Assembly (NCBI GenBank): GCA_973895155.1
Contig: OZ316891.1
Span: forward strand, 3,547,801-3,611,800
DNA length: 64,000 bases
Direction of reading: 5' to 3'
From: Marsupella aquatica
Lineage: Eukaryota > Plantae > Marchantiophyta
A program made the translations under genes and the position numbers. This document shows, in pieces, positions 25,201-37,995 of the stretch. Each line of letters begins with the position of its first letter. Position 1 is the stretch's first letter. The notes under the pieces are model-generated. The model ran no database searches. It was not told the origin of the DNA and was given only the letters and a program-made list of their open reading frames with translations.

Positions 25201-27089
25201 TGAACATGGCATGGCTTGGGATGATGTGAATAGGGCTGACCGGCATAATTGGGCAGTTCCACAACAAATAGCAACAAGAAGAGTGCAGCAATGTCTGAAA
25301 GATATGTATGAGAGGAGAGATGTACAACATGAACAAAGTTTAGGAACTCAGTTGTACTTGGAGATTTGTGCAGATAATTACTTAGATATTTTCTTTTCTC
25401 CAGTTCATGACTTGAGGTCCCGTATTGTGTTAGCATCCAAGGTTTCGTTCTTTCTACGGTTGTGGAGATTGTGGTTTAGGTTTGGTGACCATTCAGTGGG
25501 TGGGAACTTTGCAGCACACACTAAGAAAGACATGATGTCTATATTCAGGCCTTTCATGATGTTAACATGTCATGTCATTTCATTGTGTTGTTAATTTGTG
25601 CCTTTCAAGATAAGTTCCCACATCTAGGTGTTCCCTTTCACTTGCTAGGTTTGGATTGTTGTGAGATTTTCTTCAGCAAGGTAGGAGGCATGAGTGGCCA
25701 TGAGCAAAATTATGATTTTGGCTCTCTGTTGGATAGTGCTGTTGGACTGAACCGGCTTGCTGCCCTGGAATATGGACCAAAAGGCTTGAAGATAGGTCGT
25801 TCACATAAGAAGCAAGATCATGTGTGGGGGAAGATTCATCCTATAGGGGAAGGGGAGGAAGCACCAAATCTACTTGACTATTCTCTCATTGAGACTAATG
25901 AATTCGTGGTTGCAACCCTTAAAGAAGGTTTTGTTGCTGCTAAGGATCTTATGCATCAATTGCAGATGTCTCCACAAAGTTCCTTACCAACAGCTAGAAA
26001 GAGATGGTGGACATGTCCTTGGGTTGTGGAAAGTGAGACCTGGCCACTAGAGGTGGTTCTGAAGGAAGCAGTTGTTTGCAATGATTCTGAGGAGCAAGTA
26101 GAGCACCAACCACCAGACATAGGCCCTCGCCCAACTGGAGATTTTCATGAATTGGAAGATCCTGAGGATGATCTGAATAGAATAGATGCATGGTTAACAG
26201 AACCAGATCCCATTGTTGTTCCTGACATGCATTCAGATGATGTACATAGAGATGATATACAGTTTGATGTAGACCCCATAGATGAGCTTGAGACATTAGG
26301 CCATGAAGTTCGGCATATGTTTAGATCAGTTGTCCATGCTGTAACTAATGCGCATAATCGTACCAAGGTAGTGCCTACTGTTACTTATGAAGGCAAGGTG
26401 ATTTACAAATCCACTTTGGTAAGCCAGCTGGTAGGCAATCCACATTTGTCAAAAGATAGGCTGACAAGAGTGAAACAAGTGCTATACTATAGTCCCGACT
26501 ATAGTACTCGCAAGAGAAAAGTGCAAGAAGCCAATCCTAACTCATGTTTTGTTGATGTTGGCACTGATTGTGCAATTGCATTTGAGTCTGATGATAATCC
26601 TGCTCCAAGTACTAGATCTGGAAAAAAAGGGAGGAAAGAATAAAGCTGTGGTGGAAGCAATCTCAGCAGGTAAGAAATATTTTTGGTTGGGTCGGATTGT
26701 CCAAATGAGACAAAAGTATGGTAGTAGGTGGGGCAATTGTCGGTCACCAATTGATTTGATGGATAGGCCAACTCCACTCGCAGGGCAATCAGGTAGCATT
26801 TGTGAACTGTTGTTAAATTGGTATAGTCCTATTGGTAAGAGCAAAAGTGAATTCAGATATGATACCACTGATTTGAAATGGATGGATATTGAAATGGTCA
26901 TTGCTAGTGTTAGCTTAACCATGAAAGAAGGGGTTATGGATCGTATCTATGTCTTGGATCCAATAGATAGACGTGCATTGGATCAGTATCTTCAAACAAT
27001 GGTATGAATGTTATGCTACTGTTTAGTTTTTGAGAGTATATATTTTTTGTTTTGTTTATATTAGTGGGTGTAGTGGGATAGGATAGGGG

Positions 27090-27149
27090 GTGACGGATTG
27101 GCAACTTGAGATCCTTTCTCAATTAGGGGTTCAATTCCCCTCCGTCACA
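27090..27149 (+). ncRNA. tRNA-like (mascRNA-like) 60-nt structure in the transposase 3' region
   Basis: 7-bp acceptor stem GTGACGG/CCGTCAC plus discriminator A. 9-nt D-replacement ATTGGCAAC. 5-bp stem TTGAG/CTCAA with a 7-nt loop. 5-bp T-stem AGGGG/CCCCT with canonical loop TTCAATT. Confidence 0.65.
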
Positions 27150-28325
27150 TGTTACATCTCTCAGCAGAAGTTTTCAATGGAGTATGGATGGAGTATGTGA
27201 TTGGTTTCAAATTGATTGGTGATGGAATGGATTATTCATGTTGTGACCTTAAAGGCCATCCCACTTATGTACGCAAGGTTTATATTGGGATGACCTTTAG
27301 GTACACAATATAAATGATGCATTGAAATGATCAAAGTTTGAGGTCGAAAAAGGTGCAAGAACTGTTGCAGGGCGTGCCATGTCTGACATAACTTCACAAG
27401 GTACTGGCATAGACTTATCTTTTCTTTCTAGGCATTTTTTATTGATATGTGACACCTTACTTCACAAATTATAGGGGCAATACAAATTGGATTTTAGACT
27501 CTTAGAAGAAAGAAAGGGGGAGGAAAAAAATTTCAACTTAATAAGTATGGGGGTCTAGGCATGAAAACGTCGCAGGTGATGGGGGGTCCTCCATATAGTG
27601 AGACCCCCGAGTTGTGTTGTGCCTCTCTTTGATGGGGCTGTCTCCCTCGGGGCCTGGCCCTTGGTCCCTGGCCTTCTGGCCGTTGTTCTGGCTGTTTTGG
27701 CCCCCCTTCCTGTGGGTTTTCACAGGCTTTACTTGAGAAAAAAAATTTAAAATCACCTGGTTCTTCAATGCCTCATAATGTAACCTCCCGTGTAACCTAG
27801 CTATCAAAGGCACCAGGGCCATCCACCTGTCTCCTGTATCAATGAACAAATACATGAACAAATATAATCAAAATCATACTCAGTGTAAAAGTATGACAAA
27901 TTAACACATAAGCAATCCAAAATACATTCACCAACTAGGCATTAAAACATATGCAATTACAATTACATCACAAAATACATTCACGAACTAGGCATTAAAA
28001 CGTATGCAATTACAATTACTTCACAAAATACACTGAACAAACTAAACTAACTTAAGGAATGGGAGAAAAAGCATAAAGAATGGAAAAGGGCACCTCAATG
28101 GTGTTAGTTCAGCCGCATCTATGTTATTTACTCTACTGCTATGTGCGGGTGCATCTTCTTGTGCAAAAGCTATGCACCCACAACTGTCATCCCAACAATT
28201 GGAGTCTGCTCAAGGAGGATGGGAAGTCTATGAGCATGTCGCTCCCCTCTCCTTGTCATCGTGCCCATCTCATAACTTTTGCCTGTCAATTCCTCCAGCT
28301 CCTTGCTCTTCAGGGTACACAACAT

Positions 28326-28793
28326 CATCAGTTATCAGTGACTGATAACTGATATCAGTCGCTGATATCAGTTATCTCAAAAATTTTAGAATCTCAGCTG
28401 AGGAGTTGAGATGGGGCCTTCGAACTTCCGCTCATCTCAGCTGGGCAGCCGAGGTTGATTCAATCTCGGCTGACCTCGCCGAGATGGGCGTACGAACCGA
28501 AAAAAAAAAAATTTTAAAAACCAAAAAAATTCCCAAAAAAAAAAAATTTGAAAAAAAAATTTGAAAATTTTTTCCCCATCTCAGCTGGGCTCGCCGAGAT
28601 AGGTGTCCGTATGGTACGGATGTCTCATGGCGAAAAAATTTGAAAAAAAAAAATTTCCTTCAAATTTTGAAGAAAAATTCAAGAATTTTTTTTTCTTCAT
28701 TTTTTTCTTTTTCGCATCGCAACTTGGCGGCCTCTCTGAGATGAGGTGGCAGCTGATATCAGGTACACTAATGAAAGTGACTGATAACTAATG
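28326..28793. mobile_element. Fold-back / MITE-like element (hAT-like CA termini)
   Basis: TIRs CATCAGTTATCAGTGACT and AGTGACTGATAACTAATG. Internal repeats ATCTCAGCTG and CTCGCCGAGAT plus poly-A/T tracts. No intact TSD found. Confidence 0.6.
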
Positions 28794-30309
28794 AGATTAC
28801 TTATCTCTTGCTCTTCTTATATTGTTGCGTCACTATACTACCCGACCTCTCCAAACATTTCTTTATAATGTATTAGTAATTGAGCTCGTCAACGCCTTTT
28901 TCTTTCCTTGTTAGCCCAAGCACCCGCACCATTAGCAGCTTTAGCAACGTCTAAAGCAATGCCATGTCCTACAGCGTTTTCTCCCACAACATTTGTATCT
29001 ATCGAAAGAACATCCGATACACCGCGTTTTTTTAGCTCTCGTTGTACGGCGGCCCAGGTTCCATCTCCAATACAATAAAAGAAACCTATATGAACAAACT
29101 TGGGTCCTCATCTCATGTCTTTTAGCATTTTTGCAGCCTTATGCTCCTCCTTCCATTTAAGAATTCAGGAGGAAGGTCCCTGGGAAGGTCACAGTCCATC
29201 CTTTCTCCCATCCTTTCTCGTTGCTTCAAGAGGCAGCAAAGTTGATTCATTAGCTGCAACTCCTGTCACTACCACAGGTGAAACACAGATGCTCCCTCCC
29301 TAAGTGGTGGCCTTGGGCTTTGTCTACTTACTGATTTTGCCATTTTCAGCCCACTTACTGGTCTTGTTGCTAGGAGGGCAGGGTAGGCAACTCCCCTTTT
29401 ATAATGACTTTATATTCAATTGACAATGACAAACTTCTCAACACAAGAAATAACTCCTAAAAAATGGAATTTGTTTGATGTGAACAAATGAATTGAGGAT
29501 TGGGTGGTGGGATTCTTTTTTAATTTTAAATTTTGGTAATTGTTGCGCTGAAATTGTAATTGGTGCATTGTTTCAGCAATAGCAAACTGTAACAAATTTA
29601 CTGCAGTTAACCCTGGCTAGATTTCCCACTTCTCTAGACTTGCAAGTACTCCTCAATTGCAAAAACCCTGGGACCCAGGAGGGTTTGCACTTAGGGAGAG
29701 ATAACTGTATCACTGGTCACTTCACGACAATAAGGTACAGATTATTTACAGCATCAAAAAGATGTTGATCGAAATATGGGTTACTATTCTAGCATCCATC
29801 AAATGCATTGTTTGGTTATGCCTACTTCATTTCCTTCACCTGTTGCAAGCATATGTAAAGGCGAGGAGGGGCTTCCCTTTGGATAAGAGAGTGGACCTGC
29901 TACAAAAATACCTTGGGAATTATGTATCAACCTGCCAAAAACTAACAGGTGCCCAACCAGGAGACGTGATCCCAAGTCATGATCCCAAAGGCTAATGGCC
30001 CAATAAGGGAGTTGAGTTTTGAGTTGTTGCTTTTAGGCCTGTGTACAAGTTCACTATTCTGCAAAGGGCCAATAGTGTTGCTCTTATTGCCTTCAAACGA
30101 ATTTTCTTCATCATGGCCCTCCTATGGATATGATTTCCTCATGAACCTTACCGAATGTGGGACTCTCAAGCTTTGTAGCTCTTTGGTCTTCTTAGGTTTT
30201 TCCCTTGTTTTCATCCCTTACTTGGGTCGTCTGCCTTTGGGGAATTGTCTCTAGGGTGGAGGCTTCTTGTTCTTTAAAAATAGCTGTGATATTGTACAAG
30301 GGAGTGCAG

Positions 30310-30480
30310 CTTACCACAGACCCACAGGCACATGTGAGAGGTTCAGCGGATACATGTCTCTTGGACATTGGGGACATGAATGACACAACTTGAGTGAGTT
30401 CGGTTTACCACTGACCTACAGGCACATGTGAGGGATTCACCTGACACCTGCCTCTTAGAGATGGGGACATGAGTGACACA
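30310..30480 (+). repeat. ~95-bp tandem duplication
   Basis: TTACCAC(A/T)GACC(C/T)ACAGGCACATGTGAG...GGGGACATGA(A/G)TGACACA occurs twice, near 30311 and 30405. Confidence 0.8.
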
Positions 30481-31793
30481 GATTGTACGAGTATATTGTA
30501 AGCGGAGGGAGCAGTCGGGATATATATTATGCATCGAAAGTTCTGGATGGAGCAATTGGAGGGTTGATGATTGGCCATTGATACAAGGCCCAGAATTCAC
30601 TGATTGGCTCCAATCTTGAACTGCCACAGTTAGAAAAGAGAGCGATCTGACCCAGAGAGCATCACATACATATAGTATAGCATGCATCCAGGAGAACTAA
30701 ATAACAAAGCTACTGTGGCCCACCGACTTCTTCAGTCATTGGCTCAATGCTTTCAAGGCCGTTCACAAAGTAGAAAACGGGATAATGATATGACACAGGG
30801 AGACTGCTTGGCACAACTACCAGATATTGAGTCACCGCTGTGGGCCTTGACAAAGTAGAGACGCTTCCCTTGAAGAGTGACCATTACGCACACTCGATAA
30901 CAGCATTTTCACCCCAGTGATATTTCAAGACGATCACCCCTAATAAATCAGCTTCCCAGTTTGTGCCTCCTCCTACCGTTTGCAAGAATTCGCTTATCCC
31001 TCCATCAGAAGGGCCCAGGCAGGGTGCAAAAACAGCCGACCGATCATAGAGGCAACGCGCAAGCAAGTGTGGCAAAAGGACATTTAAGAGCTTCAAAAGA
31101 CTCTGTCAGCTGTAGTCAAGTGCTCTCTTCTTGGCAGGAACTGTTAGAAACTGAATAAAATCCCCAACACGATGGATCTCTATCAAAACCTACCTCATGG
31201 ACAGAATGTTAGAATGTTGCAATGCCTGGGAAGTTCATGATAAAAGCTAAGACGAACAATAATAAACGAAACTGAACTGGATAGAAGACTATGCGAAGAA
31301 TCAACGTAATCTTCGGCAAAAACCTTTCCAGTACAGTAAAGCCGGATGCTGTCCAGAACGGAGTAAGAGTAGAAGCCCACACCACCTTGTCTCTTCGTAT
31401 AAGTCCAAAGCATTTGAAAGCGTAGACACATTACCCACATACTAGCATGATTGCAGTTCCACCCAAAAGCCATCTGTTTGGAAGTCTAGGCCTTGCTCCT
31501 GGAAAATTTGAGGAAAAGTCTGTGATGTTGCTGATCATCAATCAGCCTCGGATAACAGAATCAAGAAGGCAAAGGACAACCGAATTCTAGTCTTTGAACA
31601 CCAGGATGATTAATGAAAGAAAGTAACCTGGGTCTCTAACTGCCGTTCTTGGATCACTTGAAATACCCACAAATATAAATCTAGTGTACAAAGGGTGCAG
31701 GATCAGGGAACATTTACAGACATAATTGCCTCGTGTCAACGAAATGGAAGAAAGCATCAATGTGTAGGTACAAATGCAATCATGCCTTTTCAG

Positions 31794-34700
31794 TCAATCC
31801 CACCGTTTAACAGTCCATCTCTGACCTCTAGTTTTAAAGACTCCTGTACCCTGATCACTACTTTCTCCACTACTCTCTGCTCCACTGCCATATGCCATCG
31901 ATTTCTTACGCACTACCCCACTGTCACTAATACTCCCTGTCAGCAAGGGGTCGTCAATTCCTTTGATTAGTTGCCCACGACCTGTTGAAGTTGAAAGCCA
32001 AGAGTCATCTTTGACTATTGTTACTCTCTTCTCGTTCTTTTTCCCATGCTTTGCCCATGGCAATTGACCAAAAGTCTCACTAAATTTTGTCAAACCTTTC
32101 TCCATTGGTTCTACAGCTTGGTGTACTGTCAATCTCATATCTTGTACCACCTGCATCACAACTCAAATGAAGCCTTAGCTCTCGATTTGCCAACCAATAT
32201 CATCCGACTTAACGTTGCTACACTACTGGCACATCTCGTGACAGAAATCGGCCATCTTGATAATCGTTGGGACAATTCTGAAGATTACACACTCATTATA
32301 CGTGATGGGCAAGTTTGCGTGCAGAATTGCCTGCCAGAGAGCCGTAAACACATTCCAGACGACACCAGTGCAATGAAAATTCTATACTAGACTAAAAGAT
32401 CTCTCACTCTGGCTTACACACTTTCCCCTGTGACCAGAACAGAGGACCCACAGCCCAAGCCTCAGTGAGATGCACATAAGGAGTAGCGAACGTTTATCGC
32501 GTTACTTACATGTCCACCTCCAACAACAAGAACTTCTTGTACACTTTCCCTTAAACTCGTCGCTTCTCTTTTCCTATGGTCATCCTTGTTAGAAAACTTT
32601 ATCACAGCTGGCTTCGTGCTTTCCATGACTTCCTCGGGATCCAAAGGAGAATCTATGGCTGCATAATCGGCGAGCACCTTTACACTTCCTCGTCGTCGTT
32701 CATCACCCATCATCTGATAAGGAGTGGCTGGAAAGATATAAATATGAGCGACTGCAGCAATTCCCATCTGTTATCAACACGCAACATAAATGCACGGATT
32801 ACTGACAGTGACTCCAGACGTAAAGAAAACAGTTCCCGTCTAACGTTTTTCTCTCGTGACATTTTGGCATACTACCAAACTATGAGTATTGACTCTAAAG
32901 CATTTGTTCTTAAAAATTCTAGTAAACTAATGCCAGAAATGAATCGTGAACGAAAGGCAAGGTAAGCGGCCAAGCAACTCATACATAGTCTTCACATCGG
33001 CAGCATCTATCAAGAGACCATAGTCCTCACATCGAAACTTCCGATCATCAAAAGTGGCTCTCTCTAATAAGAAGCTCAACAGAACCAAACAATTGAATCT
33101 CATTTATCTGACCACTATAAACCTGACGAATCCTTACGTCAAACTATAAGTAACTATCGAATGTCATTTCCAAAAATGGAAAAGAAGAAAGTAGCTAAAA
33201 TAAAGCATCCATTCACCTTACAAGATTTACGCCATAAACACCCTCGCTGCAAACAGTGCGTTAACCCTGCAAAGATTTTGCAAGGACCTGCTAGGAAGCA
33301 AACATATGGCATCAGAGTTTACCTCAAAGCACACGAGACAGTTCTGCAAAAATGTTTGAAACTTTGCTCCGCTAAATTCGTCTGGACCAAGATTTTTCTC
33401 CACCCATCCAGAAGCAAAAACAAGCGATAAGATCACGCCTTGCCACCAGGTTGCAAACACAATTGACTTGAAGCAAATGAACTTTGCCAGAGGGTTAATC
33501 GCCTTCAGCTCCTCATGTGTCTGAGCATAAAATTGAATGAGACAGTATAGAGCCCATGTTTGACTGAAGTTCAGAACCAGTGTTATGTAAGGATAGCTGC
33601 ACAAGGCCCAATACACAAGGAGCTCTCAGTCCAATGGACACCATCAATTTCACTAGCTTACTTAATGTTTACTTAACAGCAAAATTTAGTCTCATCAATG
33701 TTTCCAGGAAAGTACTGAATATTTGAACTGCCAATCAAGATGAGAATTCATTTGTTATCTCCTCAACGATGGATTACCATTCATCCTTAGGTATAAACTT
33801 ATAGTTCACGTGGCCACATAAACGATGCTATGAAGTTGCTGACGTCCGATACATCAAAACAACCACATGACTTACAAAACAACCACATGACTTACACAAC
33901 AACCTCTCCTCACGTGAAAATGGACAGATGTTGTGGAGACTACTGAGGAATGTTTACCTGTGGCAACTAAGCATAGAATGTGAATGTACTTAGAACCAAG
34001 ACTCTCTAAACTTTACCAATTTAGCAAGACCAAACAAGTGTCTCAGGGTGTCCCAAACCAAATGTGGATTGCCTAGCATCCATCAACTTACCTATTATTA
34101 ATATCGAAATTACCCTCGTCATACAGTCCGAAAGAATCCATAACCAGCGCCAAAATTGCGCACAGAGTCTTCAATATCATCTGCGGACCGAGAACATGAA
34201 GTACTTTTATTTTTATTGGAGCGAAAAACAAGTTATTGGCAGCAGGAGCCATTTATGTACACCGCTAGAAAAGCCATTGACATCTTAAATATACAATGTT
34301 TTCAGCCCGTAACGCCTAACAGAAAACTGACCCCAAACGTTAAACCTATGCATTTCATTGCGAAACTTAGAATGAAGATTAAGGTTCAGAAACTAACATA
34401 TTGAACAATGCCAAACTTTGCAGCAGTGTAGAAGTCCTGACCCAGTTCCCAAGGTTCCATGCACCAACTTAAAGGTACAGGATGTTCTACAGCTGCCCGT
34501 CGTTCTTTTTTTCCTGGATCAGATTTGTCCTCAAGTAACGGAGTGCGAGGGCCCTCCTTACCTTCTCTCTCAAAAAGCTGCACGACTTTGTCTTCCCCCC
34601 CTGCATCCAAATATTGTTCATCCCATGCATAAAACTTCATCTTCAAGATCAGAAGATGCAGTGGAAAAGGGTTTGGAAACATTCAATTTTCAAAACCTCT

Positions 34701-36135
34701 TCTTTCACTCAAACTAATTCGAGATACAGTGACTTGCTTCAAGGTATCTTAAATACACAGAAACATACACAACCCCAAAAACCAGAGTCATCGACCAAAC
34801 TACTAGACCCTAAAGTTTAGAAACAATTCAATGTCTTCAGAAATTGAGGACACGATCAGCTTTGTTTTGCAGAAAATACAAAACAGGGACATAGGATCTT
34901 TGAAGTTTCTCACCTAGACAGGCAATCAGGAAACTTCCAAATGAGTAAAGCGCATAAGCCTCATAACAGTTTCCCAGTATACTACAAGCTAAAGATAGTT
35001 CCGGATGCCACAGTGACAGAAACTGCAAAGCAAATCCAATTTCTGAAAATCAGATGTTACACCTGGTGATTTTAAAAAGTGTTAAGGTGCACAGAAGAGA
35101 CGGACGTTCTCACACCGAGGGAAACCAAGACGAGATAATTACACAAAATCCTAGAGTCAACCAAGATGAGAAGAATACATTACCGAGGAAACCGTATATA
35201 CAGGGACCATAAATATGATTCCAATCAACCACTTCTGCTCCTGGACAATAGCAATGTGATCATTAATAACAACTCAGAATATTTCGTTGAAGACAGTTCC
35301 GTGACACAGAAATGCTTGAGCTAGTTTAGAAGAGTAGCTTTTCCAATTTAGCTGAAGTGTGACTTACAGGTCATCATAATCGACCCAGGCGATTGATGAC
35401 ATATCTCTAACTGATTCCGGTAAGGAAACGGTGTTATTCCGTGCTTCTATTGAGATGATTCCTGAAACAGGCCACTAGCAATCTTCCAGGCTGAACAGAC
35501 TAATGTATGGCGTCTTCTGACAGGTAGAACATAAGACATGGACAGCATCTACGACAAGGATTTGTAAAGCTGATCCATATATCTGTGGACAAACTGAGAT
35601 ATTTAACAATCACAATGCTTCAAACAAAGTCCTCGGGATTGTCAAACATTGCCTAACATTCATCAAGCTATCAACAAAAACTATTCACGACGCCAGGCAG
35701 AATTGGAGTTTCCTAAGGAAAAGAGCGTAGTCATCTAGGAAAGCTCAACGTATCCATTCGTAAATGTTTTGACCTAAATATGCCACGGGGTGTTCTTTGA
35801 GCACACATGCCAAGATTACAGTTTCGGTTTTTTCAAGAATAATGAGTAGCACGACGCAAGCGAGCTCAACCAGAATTGAAAATTTACATTTCTCCAAATT
35901 CAGTACGAATGGCAAAAGATTAGGTGCGACTAGCACATGATTAGAAAAGGGTCCAAACCTCGGGATCCTTATACGAAGTCAGATGCTCAAACATAAGGAA
36001 CGTCGACAGAGCGAGGGCCATGAGGACGAACGCGCCCGCAATAACCACCGCATATGTGTGAACCGCCGAACGTCCCACTAGAGCAGTATCGGCCAGCTGC
36101 AGGTTCTCCAGCAGGATCGACCTACTTATCATCAT
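31794..36135 (-). CDS. LAZ1/TMEM184 family protein (DUF300, organic solute transporter alpha-like), 8 exons, ~507 aa
   Basis: Exons 36135-35959, 35240-35184, 35022-34914, 34600-34398, 34180-34092, 33596-33323, 32767-32510 and 32150-31794, all GT-AG and in phase. Motifs HLTSYKDPEEQKWLIGIIFMVPVY, CYEAYALYSF, KFGIVQYMILK, NFSQTWALYCL, PLAKFICFKSIVFATWWQG, EMGIAAVAH. Confidence 0.95.
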
Positions 36136-37789
36136 GCCCCTCCTTCGCAACAAGGCCCGTCAAGTCCTTCAGTCACAAATCCAGAATCCAAATAAACCTA
36201 CATGAGGCCACCAGTTGTATGCCTATCATTGTGAATTGCATTCCATACCGCGGACCTCTCAACGCACACATCAGAGCCTTCTCAAATCGTACTCATAGCT
36301 TCGCTACTGGGGCATGCCAATTCGGCGATACTGGACACGTCCAGCACCAAAGACCTCCACCTGCTCATGTTTAACTACACTGCGAGCTCCCTTTCTTCTC
36401 CTCCTTATCTAGTAGTTGCCAACTAATCTTCGAGCCCTCTAACCCTGTGCCTTCTTCGGTACTTCTCCCAATCAAATTCTCGCGATATTGCTCCTCCAGT
36501 TCAGCATAGGCGCATACTCCTCTCGACCACTTCCTCCAATACTCAAACTCAAGTTTTATGGCCCCGCTGCCTGTGATTTCTACGGAAATGACTATCCCGA
36601 GCCTCAAATCCAGATTTCAGACCATCCTTTCGAGCAAACGATGTCCTGCGAACAACATAACCATCGCAGCCTCCTCCTCGCTTCTGCAGCCGCTTCCTGA
36701 ATAATCATCTCTCCAGGAATCGAGCGTCAGTTGAGACCGCCCTGTAAGTACGAGCCGTGCAAGAAATCAGCGACTGAGACCCACAATTCTTTCACTTCAA
36801 CCCCTGCTCTCCCGTGGTCACTCTTACTGCCCTTCTCTTATCATCCCGTTCCCCTCTCCTCCCCTCGGCCTTCTACTCAGCTCTCCAGCCAGCAATGAAT
36901 CAAGATTCTCGGATCTCTTGGCCCCAGCCTGTCCAGGAGTCCGTCCGTCTCCCTCCGCCTCTGTTCTCGGCTCAAATTGCTCCTCTCCTCGTCTTTCTCC
37001 GCTCCAATTAAAATTCTCTTCCCTGCAATGGCCAAACAGAAAAGCCTGCTGCTGCCGACGTCCTGCCTGCTCGACTGCCTCCACTCGTCCCGCCCCCGCG
37101 TTGCGATTGTCACCGAGTGTGCCTCTTCTTCCCTCCGAGCATGCAGCATGAAGAACACCAACACCACACCATCAAGACAACAAAGCCTCACTCGTGCACG
37201 CGAAGCACGCAATCAGGCAATCAGGCAATCAGGCGACCAAAGCGAGCGACCAAAGCGGGAGCACAAACTTATCAATCCACCACCGGTGCTTCCAAATGAG
37301 AGTTTCTTCCTTCCGACGGCCTCGTGGAATGCACACTGAGTTGCGAACTGTACTGCAGTGGTAAGCGATCGTTGAGGCGAATGCCGACGTGTGAGTCCTT
37401 CCCAGCAGGAGCCCGACTTTCTCGGTGCCAATTTCGTCGCACTCGCGACGTTCGTTGGTTGCTTTTGTTCGTGGTCACCTCCACTTCATCGACGCAGGAG
37501 TGCAAAACGGTGGAGAGAGAGAGAGAAGGAAAGAACGAAAGAACGAGAGCGATGGCGAAGAAGAAGAGAGCTGATGGGCGATGAAAGGAAGGGACTGGAG
37601 GAGGTGGCGTTCAGGCGTTGCATGACACTGTATTACGTACGTATGACTGCCCCTTTTACGCCTACCCAGTTTGTCCGTTTTCTTGTTTATCCATTACTAC
37701 CGTGATTAGTGATTACTCTTTTCCTTGAGCGATGAGTACTGAAAACAAAATGCACAATCAAGGATTCCATGTATTTCCGGTTTATCCCT

Positions 37790-37995
37790 ATTCCACCTGT
37801 TTCCTGTCTACACCCTCACTTTCAGTAATGCTCCCTACTCCACCTATTTCCTGTCTACACCCTCACTTTCACCCTCACTTTCAGTAATGCTCCCTATTCC
37901 ACCTGTGTCTTGTCTACACCTTCACTTTTCAGTAGTGCCCTCACTAAGTAAATTTTCTGTCTAAACCCTCACTTTCAGTATGCCCTCACTGAGTA
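37790..37995 (+). repeat. Degenerate tandem repeat upstream of the LAZ1-like gene
   Basis: CTACACCCTCACTTTCAGTAATGCTCCCTA(C/T)TCCACCT recurs about 4 times with roughly 50-60-bp spacing. Confidence 0.8.

Larger units (their letters stand above)
18083..27007 (+). pseudogene. P-element/THAP9-like DDE transposase, disrupted
   Basis: The ORF from ATG 18083 continues in frame across the excised insert (LDGRVI|VVQQELG). It has two C2H2-like fingers (CLEC...H...H and CTVC...HLVSRDH) and an AT-hook (KRGRPKR). Catalytic-type motifs follow in P order: FAEDETRIK, HASDGDARRRK, DQPHNGKK (DxxH), ADRHNW, DCCEIFFSKVG. GT-AG intron at 24495-24598. Several frameshifts and stops (e.g. ~22926, 24228). Confidence 0.82.
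13356..27611 (+). mobile_element. 14.3-kb TIR DNA transposon with a P-element-like transposase; full-length relative of the MITE family
   Basis: Perfect 15-bp TIRs CTCGGGGGTCTCACT (13356-13370) and AGTGAGACCCCCGAG (27597-27611). Perfect 8-bp TSD TTGTGTTG (13348-13355, 27612-27619). About 110 bp at the left end and 70 bp at the right end align with the two MITE ends. Contains a transposase and a PHD gene. Confidence 0.95.

Noticed and set aside
36360-37710. Overlapping 60-120 aa ORFs upstream of the LAZ1-like gene
   Set aside because: Consistent with a long GC/GA-rich 5' leader and promoter. No conserved uORF can be supported without alignments.
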